In this document: positions 54,801-64,000 of the stretch, piece by piece
Numbering within the stretch: position 1 is the stretch's first letter
Layout of the letters: each line of letters opens with the position of its first letter
Origin: Azolla caroliniana
Taxonomy: Eukaryota > Plantae > Polypodiophyta
Direction: 5' to 3'
Assembly (NCBI GenBank): GCA_043228905.1
Contig: JBHGNT010000016.1
Location: forward strand, 7,998,001-8,062,000
DNA length: 64,000 nt
Program-made: the position numbers and the translations under genes
The notes under the pieces: model-generated
The model's database searches: none
What the model saw: the letters and a program-made list of their open reading frames with translations, nothing else
What the model was told of the DNA's origin: nothing

Positions 54801-56444
54801 GAGCTGGGATGCTTTTACCCGTTGGGAAACGGCCATTTCCCGTTCCAACGCTTCCTGTGCTTGCCGTAATTCCCGAATCGCATCTTTGTCTGGTTCGGCT
54901 TCGGTGTCGTCCCGCTGCGGCAAGTATGGGGCTACGGCTTCAGCTACGTCAATCTCGAAGAGTGGTACGATCTTCGGGTGTTCCTCCAAGTACTGGGCTT
55001 CTTCGTCGTCTGCCAATCCTTCAAGCATGTTCACACATTCCGCATACAACGGTGTGCATTCCTTACCGTTGGTCGTCCGTGGTTGTGTCGGTACCCGGAC
55101 CTTGGCTTTTCCGCGCCGGAAGGTAATCATATTTTTTCGCCAATTTTGCTTGATGTGTGCTGTTTTCAACCATGGTCTGCCCAGCAACAGAGGGTACGCG
55201 CCTTGCGCCTGTAGCTGCAGCACTACAGCCGAGATGTGAAATGTGTGACCTCCTATGGTGACTTCCAATTTCCGTATTAAGCCCGTCGGCCGTACCGAGC
55301 TCGTATCCGCCATCCGTAGCCAGAACGGGCATGGCTCCCATTCATGTATACCCAAGGCATCACACGTACGGAGGCTTATTACGTTCACCCCGGAACCTCC
55401 ATCGATTACGGTGCCGGGAAGTTCGTGCCCTTTGACAATAGTTGTAATCGCCAGACTACTAGTGTCCACCACCGTCGGTCCCTCCTCCGGATTCGAGAAG
55501 AGGACTGGTGCCGGTGGGGCTATACCGTCTGTCATGACCGTTTTTAGTCCTTCTGTGAATCGCGGCACGAGCTGCAAGAGTCTTCCTAATGGTAACGTGA
55601 TCTGACATTCTTGTAGTGCTTGCCATGTCTCGTTTTCTGGGTGGCTACCGCCGGCACTCCCTATGGTATTCGCCTTTTGCCGTTCCGCGTCCGCGACGTT
55701 CCTTTCATTGGCTTCCTTCACCCATTCCGTCGCCTGTTTTCGTATGGCCTCTTGTGTTTCCCATTCTTTGGCCATGCCTTTCGACCGTGTGGTTACTTGC
55801 TGTAAATCCGCCACTTCCGGAACCACCATATTAACTGCTGGTCGTTTCTCGTAGCTCTTTACCGGGCACTGGTTACTGTAGTGGCCTTCCTGCCTGCAGT
55901 AGTAGCAGTACTCTTTACGGGTATTGCTGGATTCAGCATTGCTGGTAGCCGGAATCGGTCCCGTAGTGAGTGGTGCGTTCTGTGCCGGTTGGCTCCTTGG
56001 GGTTCCCTGTTCCGGGTCCCTAGTGTGACCACCTTTCTTGAAATTACGTTTCTTATTATTCTTATTTTTATTTCGGTAGTCCGGTCGTGGTAGATCGTAA
56101 AATCGGCCGTAGTCCTCCTGGTGCCTTCGGTAACCGGGGGAATGGTCTCTGTCGTATTGCTCGTGTCGTCTGTTGGGCTCTCGATAACGGTCCGATCGCT
56201 CATACCGGTCGTAGTTATCACGCCGATTCCCGTACCGGCCATCATTCTCTTGCCTGTCCCCGTACCGGACATCCTGTGCCGGTGGGTACCGGTTCATTCT
56301 TTGCCAACAATCGTCATCTTCGTCTCGGCTGCTTCTTGGCTCGATCCGTCGGACGGGTGGTGCTTGTCGATTTAACAGGTTGTACTCGTCCCTGTCCGGT
56401 GCCTGTGTGCCTTCTGTCCGGCAATGTTGCCCCATGGTCGCCAT
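51823..56444 (-). pseudogene. Gag-pol of element C (zinc knuckle, protease, RT, RNase H, integrase) with a 1-nt frameshift near 53701
   Basis: CYYCRQEGHYSNQC; VIDGGSGVN; FLDGFSGYNQI, MMFGLKTAPATFQ, VFRDD. VFVD-[1 nt missing]-SDIAIGSALMQ. Integrase H-H-C-C region, WGLDFVGPF, ISDQG, QANGLAE and a GPY/F-like tail. Confidence 0.93.
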
Positions 56445-56986
56445 TGTTAGTCTCGTCCGGTATTCGACCTAGGGTTTGCTCGTGGCTTTCTGGTGTCTCT
56501 GGTCCTCGATGTCTGGTCTGCTTTTGCATCTCCTTCTCCGTCTTCTATGGCCATTCGATGTGAACCAAGTCTGGTTCTTGCTCCGATTCTGGTTTCGACT
56601 CTTTCTGCGTTGCTTCGTCTGGAACCATCTCTCGTGCACTCTCAGCACATCTTGCCGGCCTCCGCTCCACACACTGCGTCTTTTCCACCGCAGTCTCCTG
56701 GTGGGCTTCTCTTACCGGTTGTGCTTGCACCGGTTCTCTTTGCGTCGCTGTTTGTCCAGCCGTGCATCTTGCACCACGCTTCGAACACGCACATTGTCAC
56801 TAACCGCATTCGGAAACACGTACATGGACACCAATCGCAACCTTACATAAACACCGTTCCATTCATGAATTCTTTCATCGCATTGTCATTTCCTGTACTC
56901 ACACAAATATGTCGCTATGGCCTTCGCTATGGCCTTCATCACCGCGTATCATTCTTTGACTCCGTTTCCAAAGGGGGGTCGCCGTA

Positions 56987-56996
56987 GTGGTCGCCA
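56987..56996 (-). other. Primer-binding site of element C (TGGCGACCAC), consistent with a tRNA-Arg 3' end
   Basis: Lies 3 nt after ...CTACAACACA on the minus strand. The tRNA identity is from memory of plant tRNA-Arg(UCG) ending GUGGUCGCCA. Confidence 0.65.
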
Positions 56997-56999
56997 AAA

Positions 57000-57496
57000 T
57001 GTGTTGTAGCTTTTAGGGTTAGGGTTAAGGATGATAATCATGATAAAGATAGACATGGTGGTCATGAAGAGCATGATGATGAGAGATCGTATAGAGAAGC
57101 ATAGAGAAGCATTGCGGGGTGGGGGGTGGTGCCTAGAATGGCTCCACCCCCCTCCCAAGGGGATTCAACGTTGAGGGGGAGAGAGAGAGAGAAAGAGGGA
57201 TGACAAGAGAGAGATTAGGAGAGAAATGGTTCATTCCTTCATTCATTCCCCATAAAGGGGTTAAATAATACAAGAGGGGGTAGATACAAAGGGGTGTAAG
57301 CCCCATAGAGCATTCATACTGGACACTCACTCACACCTCATCGTATCCCTCCACATGCACACACGTGTGCATGTGTTCACATACATATCAACTCACAATT
57401 ACATTTATGTTCCCTACACATATACAACATCATCATGATAATATTCGACCCTCGCTCATCACACTTGACTCTCCGTACAACTCGTACGGGGTAACA
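57000..57496 (-). repeat. 5' LTR-like block of element C; inner TGTGATG...CAACACA unit 57463-57000 plus a 33-bp outer TGTTACC cap
   Basis: Non-coding, bounded by the TSD and the PBS. Contains a CT-rich tract and AACCCTAACCCTAAAA. Confidence 0.68.
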
Positions 57497-57910
57497 TCCG
57501 TCCTTGGTTTCTGACTGTCGGTTCCTCCGTCTGTTCCGAATCCGAATCCGATTCGGGATCTTGTCCGGTTCCAGTGTCTTCTTCTTCTTCGGTCAGTTCG
57601 GTTTCTTGTCCGAATCCGGCTGGTTCGTCCAGTGTCATCCGGTTGCCGGCTAACATCCGTTTTTCAACCGGGTATATCCTTTTGTCCTCAAGTTGGTTTT
57701 CAATGGATGATCCGGAGTTCGCTACCTTCTTCTCCGATTGCCAGTCGGCAATGGTCCTGTCTTCCATGAAGACCATGTCCCGACTCCGGAACACCTTTCT
57801 GTCGACCAGATCCCACACTCGGTAACCGAACTCATCATCGCCATATCCAAGGAATATGCATGGCCGGGACTTCGGATCCAGCTTTGCTCTCTTGTTCTTT
57901 GCCACATGCA
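57497..57910 (-). mobile_element. Copia element B, integrase C-terminal (SH3-like) segment upstream of the C insertion
   Basis: HVAKNKRAKLDPKSRPCIFLGYGDDEFGYRVWDLVDRKVFRSRDMVFME, continuous with 48296 across the TSD. Confidence 0.9.
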
Positions 57911-58438
57911 TGTTGTCATGCCTTTCGGCTCCGGATCGTTGCGTGAGTCGGGTGGGAACCACTGAGGTTTTGGACTAGGAGAAAGAAGAATGCAATATAA
58001 GGCTAGTTATGAATAGGTAGAAAGAGAAGTAAGAAATAAAAACTTATGAATCCCAAGTGTTTAGTGTATTTAATCAATATTTAGATTGTAAGAAAGAGAA
58101 TTTTTATGATAAACTCGTGAATCCCACGAATATATTAGATTGATCAATCTTTTTAAAAAAATCAACAACGTCATACATCTTTCTCTCCTCCTTATATAAG
58201 GATGGAAAAGGCTAAGCATAGCTTCATGCTATTTCTAAAGTGTTCATGCACCCTAAATATGCATGAGTTGCTTTTTACATTATGCTTTTATTTTTTAAAT
58301 TCATTATCGCTAGATGTGCACAAGTAATTTTTTATTGGTGTACATTTTTCTTATAAATAAAGTATTCACGCATTCTAAAAATGCATGACTTACCTTTTAA
58401 TAAAAGTAGGCGAAAATAAAGGTCTTATATGTATTACA
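57911..58438 (-). repeat. LTR-like block (~528 bp) between element D pol and copia B
   Basis: The minus strand runs TGTAATAC...CTTATATAAGGAGG...CATGACAACA. It is AT-rich and non-coding, and its flanks do not form a TSD. Confidence 0.55.
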
Positions 58439-61400
58439 TCTTGAAGATCTTTACCCGTTTTTTGGCTATAGGCACTCGTAGTATCATTCCATCCAACTCG
58501 CATAGTCGGTAAGTTCCATTGTCGAAAACTTTCCGAACCTCGTATGGCCCGAACCACCTTTTCGCGAACTTCCGTATCATTGTATGTTGATGATCCAAAC
58601 TACTGTCATAGACAACCACCCAATCTCCTTCTTCAATCTTCTGTGGTCGTAGTCGGTGGTTTGTGTCGAACCGACTTTTGTTCCGGAATCGCGCTTCTTG
58701 TTGTCGGTGTGTTGCTTCCGCTATGTCTTCTGGTCTTCCCTCTAGTTGTCGTATCCGGACAGCTAGTAGTTCTTCCCGGCTCATCTCTTCCTTCCACGGT
58801 AGCATTGTCAATGTCGCGATCGCGGTTTCCATTGGCATTACCGGTGCTTGTCTGGTCATAAGTTCTGTTGGCATATAACCGGTTACGGAGCTATGAGTGG
58901 TCCGATCCACCCATAGTGCATACGGGAGCATCTGCGGCCAATCCTTCACCCTTCCATCGCATGCTTTGGCAAGTTCTTTGATGATCGGGCTATGTCCTTG
59001 TTCGATTTTCCCCTTGGCCTCTGGATTGTATGCCATTATTAGTGTTAACCGAACTCCATGTTTGGTGAAGAATTCCCTAGCTTTATCAGAGTCGAGTTCT
59101 CCCAGATCCGCAATCACTTGTCCTATGCACCCGTACCTACAAAACACCTCCTCCAAAAGAAATTGGCATACCGCAAAACACGTTTTCCTTCGTAACGCCC
59201 GACCTTCTACTTGATTTGTGAGATCTTCCTGAGCTAACACCAAGTACTTCTTTTGTCCGATCCCGGTTGGCATGGCTACAATGTCGACCATCCATTTGAA
59301 GTTCATTGTCGGTGAGAATGTTGGATGTAACTCATCTCGGTGTCGAACTCCGGAGTAGATTTGACATTTCTCGCAGGTTCCCGTGAACTCCGCTACATCT
59401 TTGTACATATTCTTCCACAAATATTTTTGTTTGATTTTCACAAAAGTTGCCCATGTTCTTCGATGTCCAACCCAATCGGATTCGTGAAACTCGAACATTA
59501 TCCGGTTTCGTTGCTCTTTCATCCCGACTACCCGAAGTGGTATGCCATTCGGTCTTTTCAGCTCCCTCCATATTAATCCATTTTTCAAGAACTTTTGGAC
59601 TTGCCTCTTCTTCCTTCGGATCTCGGCTCTCTTCTCTTTATCGTCCGGTGATTCCTCAATCTCTTGTAGCACCTTCCCGATCATCAAGCTTTCTCCCTCG
59701 TATTCTTCTTCTCGAAATTCTCGGATTAGGTTTACTCGGAATATGTGCTCCGAAGCAAAGTAGTCTTTAGAAACTTCTTCATTATCGGATTCGGCTATGT
59801 CGTCTCCGAATCGAGCCCTTGATAGTATATCCGCTACCGCATTGTCTTTTCCGGAGATGTGTCGTACGTCCGGGTTAAGCGACTTAACATATGCAATCCA
59901 TCTTAGCATAGCCACATCTGGTATCGTACAACACCGCATCATCCCAAGTATCGGAAGATAATCCGTTTCGATCACTACTTCGGCTCTGATCAAATAATCT
60001 CGATCCGATTTGATTGCCGACACGACTCCCCATAATTCTCTTTTGACTTGTGCATATCCGTGTTGCCTTTCGTTGAGAAACTTTGCTCCGAATCGGATCG
60101 GATATCGCAACCCATCTGAGTCGGCTTGATTGATGACCCATTCGATCCCGGTTGGACTTGTATCAACCATTACTATGATCGGTCGCTCATAGCTCGGCTT
60201 CTTAAGTGCTTCAACCCTCCGTAGTGTTTTCTTGAGCTTCTTCATGGCTTTGGTGTGTTCCGGTTTCCATTCGAACTTCTTCCCCTTCCGCAATAAGTGA
60301 TAGAGTGGGTCCACAATATGTGCATAGTGCGGAATCCATATGTGATAAAATGTAGAAGCTCCAAGAAACCTTCGGACTTCGGATTGTGACTCCCATACTT
60401 CTTTCATAGCTTGAATCGCATTGATCTTGGTTGCTGACAGTCTTCGGCCGTAGGGCTGACATAGATGTCTGACTACCAATATCTCTTCTTGCCCGAATGC
60501 TGATTTCTCCCCAGAAAGTGTTAGGTGCACATCTTCTAACTTTCGAAGCACTTTCTCGCAATCACGAATATGGTCGACTATGAACTTTTGGCATCCCCAA
60601 TCATCCATAGTTTCATCTTTTTCTTCTACCGTGCATCCTTTCATCAGAATGTCATCTAGGAACAACATCATTATCTCCGGAATGCAGTCTCGAAGCACCT
60701 TGTTCATTGCATTTGTCATATGTGCGATCGAGTTCGTTGCACCTTGTGGTAGTGTGCACATACAAACTAATCCTATCGGTGTTCACATGGTAGTGATGTC
60801 TCGGCTCTCCGTGGCTAGTTGGAATTGGTCATACCCCGAGTATAGGTCTCCGACGGAGTATATCGCACGACCGGCAAATGCTTCCGCAAATTCGTCCACT
60901 ATCGGACTGACTCCGGAGTTCCGGATCGTGACCTTGTTCACCGGTTGCAAGTCTTGGATAAATCGAAGTGACCCATTCTTCTTCGGAACTGTAAACCATC
61001 GATTTGAGTACAGAGCGTTTGATGGCTCTAGAATCCCCATCGCCACCTTCTCCTTGAGCAAGTCGATGATTTTGGGAATATTCGCCCGCGGCACCGGAAT
61101 CGGGTTCAGGTTCCACGACACATGGTCAATCGTGAAGATCACCATCGGCTCCACTATCTTCGGATCAACGCACCCTATCTCCTTCAATGTGAATGCAAAT
61201 GCTTTCCCATGTTGTTCCAACATCCCACGGAATCGTTCTTCTTCATTTTGTGAAAGGAAACCACCTCCACCGATCCGAAGTTTCTTCTGGGTCTCATCCG
61301 TGAAGGCATGTCCGATATCCACGGACTTCCGAAGTGTCGGATCTCCTGAGACTTCTTTCATCTTTTGCTCGCTATTGGCGGGTAACGGTCCTGCGGCCGG

Positions 61401-63061
61401 TTTCACTTTCTTCTCCACGGTCTTGTATTTTGTACTTACCATTGCTTCTTCTTTGCGGAGCGCATCTGGCCCCATTTTCGCAATGATCTCGTACATCTCG
61501 ACCGATTCCACCAGGACTAGCCAGTCTCCTTGGCTTTTATCCTCCACAAGCTCTTCAAGCCGTTGTAGCGTGCTCCCATAGAACACTTCTTCAACTACCC
61601 CCACGATTTCTTCGTCTTCTTTTATTATTGATGCCGACTGCAACTTATCCTCTACTTTTCGGTATTCTTTCTTCTTTCCTCCGGTTACGGCCGTGTACGT
61701 AGATGCCCCATCCGGACTGATTCGTACTTGTTTTGCTTCGAGAGTTTTCTTCCTGTGTGGGGTATCAGGGCTTCTGGGACTATCACTTCCCCACTTCATA
61801 ACAGTCCGCTCTAAAAATCCATCCTTGTTTGGGACAAGAGCTCTCTCTTTCTCCTTTCATGATTTGCCGGCACAGTTAGGAATCAAACGGATTTCCCTCT
61901 GCTTTGGCTCCGAATTCGTGCGAAAGCCGCACCGCTATCGAGCACCTTTGTCTCCATCCGTGAAGCCGTGATAAAGGGTTGCCTAAGGATCATGGAATGT
62001 GAGACCTCGTTTTGTACGAAGAAATTTTGGTCGATCTCGACATCCCCAATCTTCACCGTCACATCCGGACAAGCCGCAAATAGATCTTCCATTGCTTTAG
62101 TGGCTGCCCGGATCTTCCATCCATGGTTAGTGTTTATAGGCCACTTCCCCTTCCGGTAGAACTCCTTAGACATCAAATTGATCTCCGATCCATGATCAAT
62201 CAATGCTAGCACGGGCTCTTTGATGTTGTCGATTTGGACCGGAGTTTCCGTAGTTGCATGTGCCCAGTGTGGCCTTGTGTAGTGGGAGTTCGGAATTTCG
62301 TCCTCCGCTTCGGTGTCATTCATTAAAACCGTGTTTGCATTTACCCTTGGAGCGTTCTCCTCCTTACTTTGTCTTATTCTCTTCATGAGATCCACAAGAA
62401 GATCATGGAACTCCTTCTTCGCTATTCCGAGTAATTCCCGAAGCGAAAATTCCACCTGACTATCAAGGATTCTCTCTTCGAACACCTTCTTTAGGTCCGT
62501 CTGTTGTTCGATGTCCGAAGCGAGTTTGAATGCCAGAATTGTTTTTCCTTTCCCCTTCCCTTCGGAGTTCCAGCTCTCCGATGTCTTTGATGGTCCGGCT
62601 GCATCATCCGTGCACCGTTGTTTTTCATCCACATACACTTCATGCAATTGACATAACGCATGTACGCTATTCTTATCTACGGGGCACTCCCATCCCGTAG
62701 CTTCCTGGATACATTCCACGGCGCTTCGAATTTCATCATGGTCGGCTTTCTTCGAAATTTCTAGCACTTCCGGCCAAAAAGACGCCTTTGCTCCAGATGA
62801 CTCCTCAACACGTATTCCTGCGGTTGTCGCATAATTGCTATTCGCCGCTATTTCCTCCTTGAGGACCTTCTTCATGCTGCCTTTCCGGAAGTTCGGTTGG
62901 AGTGGCTTCCGAGAGTCCATCGAATGGATCCGATTTCCCTCGTAGTAGATAAGATCTTGTCGTAACGCCTCCTTGTGCTCGTCGCAATCCTTCTGATTAT
63001 GTTCAGTGCTATCGCACCATATGCATTGACGGTCCATATGCTTGAAGCTTGTGGGATGGTC

Positions 63062-63806
63062 TGTTGTTCACAGTGCTCGGCCACAACCGAGGAATAGGAT
63101 CAACTCACAGAAAATAGGAAATACAAAATGCACGAAAACAATAGAGAGAAGGGTACACTAGATGTTTTACGTGGAAAACCCTAAATGGGAAAAACCACGG
63201 GAGTGCAAGACTCCAACTATCACTATACGTGGGGAATGTACAATGGCGAGCTGCAAGGCGACGACCTTGAGCTCGCTGTCCTCGCCACAGGCGGCGGTAT
63301 TACACAGAGGCGTCGACCTCTTCCTTCCTCTTTCTCTCTCACTCTCTCTCGGCTGCTCTCACTTCGCTTCCTCTCAGTGGAAAACAGAAAATGAGCAACA
63401 GCCTTATAAAACTGTTTGCCCTAAGTCATATTTATACACATACGACTTTCGGGCTATTTACAAATATAGTCTCCGCATCCGGATCTCTCTCCGGGTACTT
63501 CGTCATCCGGCTCCGTAACCGGGGTCTTCATCATCCGGCTCCGTAGCCGGGTCTTCATCATCCGGCTCCGTAGCCGGGGTCTTCATCATCCGGCTCCGTA
63601 GCCGGGTCTTCGTCATCCGGCTCCGTAGCCGGGGTCTTCATCATCCGGCTCCGTAACCGGGTCTTCGTCATCCGGCTCCGTAGCCGGGGTCTTCATTATC
63701 CTGCTCCATAACCGGGTACTCTTCATCCTCCGGTTCCGTAACCGCAACCAGGCCTGCCGTCATTCATCTCCGGACATCCCATCCGGAGGGACCGAAAATC
63801 CCAACA
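63062..63806 (-). mobile_element. Solo LTR (745 bp) inserted in the gag of element D, TSD TGGTC
   Basis: TGTTG...CAACA termini. TGGTC at 63057-63061 and 63807-63811. Removal restores KKSVDHPTSFKHMDRQC. A CCCGTGGTTTTTCCC..GGGTTTTCCACGT motif on the minus strand resembles copia LTR 3' ends. Confidence 0.92.
63490..63745. repeat. ~26-27 bp tandem minisatellite (about 9 copies) in the solo LTR
   Basis: Unit gtcttc(a/g)tcatccggctccgta(a/g)ccggg(g). Confidence 0.93.
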
Positions 63807-64000
63807 TGGTCAACCGACTTCTTTACCATCGCGATTTTCAGATTCTCCATTTCTTTCAGCAACTGCTCCACTGTGGTTGCATCGATTCCCTTCTCGGTCG
63901 TAGTCTCCCGAGCCCTCGGTTGATGGTATTCCAATCCGGATCTTGGTTTCGGAATTGGTTCTGAAACCCAGTTTTCTTCGCTAGCAAGCCATTGCCCCCT

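Larger units (their letters stand above)
48297..57496 (-). mobile_element. Ty3/gypsy element C (non-chromovirus type), 9200-bp insertion with TSD TCCGT, non-matching ends and an extra 3' ORF
   Basis: TCCGT at 48292-48296 and 57497-57501. Termini TGTTA...TAACA. Removing the insert and one TSD copy restores copia B frame NQGRRYPLRKRRAPRRFSDGEHVLLTDEG. Domain order is PR-RT-RH-IN. Confidence 0.93.
58434..64000 (-). mobile_element. Ty3/gypsy element D gag-pol, decayed; 5' part runs off the window
   Basis: Knuckle CIWCDSTEHNQKDC; protease ALIDHGSEIN; RT GDLYSGYDQF, LPQGATNS, FLDDI; RNase H ISGKDNAVADILSR; integrase WMVDIVAM and WFGPYEV. Split into ORFs 61883-63037, 60783-61799 and 58434-60761. 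Confidence 0.92.

Noticed and set aside
57911-58438. Block as a solo LTR or the native 3' LTR of element D
   Set aside because: Flanks (minus-strand CAAGA and TGCAT) are not a TSD, and it abuts integrase coding sequence with no PPT. Its origin is unresolved.
49125-61581. Many plus-strand ORFs (for example 49125-49889, 54664-55239, 60580-61581)
   Set aside because: They are antisense shadows of GC-rich retroelement ORFs and have no independent motifs.
63490-63745. Regularly spaced short repeats as a possible CRISPR array
   Set aside because: The units are head-to-tail with no unique spacers, lie inside a TSD-bounded LTR, have no cas genes nearby, and the context is eukaryotic.

Overview
Eukaryotic land-plant nuclear DNA (GT-AG introns, plant tRNA-Asp, plant retroelements). 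Gene and element style suggest a non-seed plant such as a fern, which is an inference. Bases 1-43 kb hold a decayed L1-type LINE, a 3-exon short-chain dehydrogenase ending in a peroxisomal SSL signal, an intronless-CDS glycine-rich RRM protein, a decayed Ty3 element, tRNA-Asp(GUC), a 7-exon USE1 SNARE, a 4-exon YL1/EMB1303-like plastid protein and an unidentified 2-exon tail-anchored protein. Bases 43-64 kb are a nest of LTR retrotransposons, all on the minus strand: Copia A contains Copia B, which contains Ty3 C and also an LTR-like block plus Ty3 D, which carries a solo LTR. The most unusual object is Ty3 C (48297-57496). It is bounded by a perfect 5-bp TSD and TGTTA...TAACA ends, but its two LTR-like ends are unrelated in sequence. 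It also shows no recognisable capsid domain and carries an ~890-codon extra coiled-coil ORF after pol. All calls were made by eye, with no database searches.
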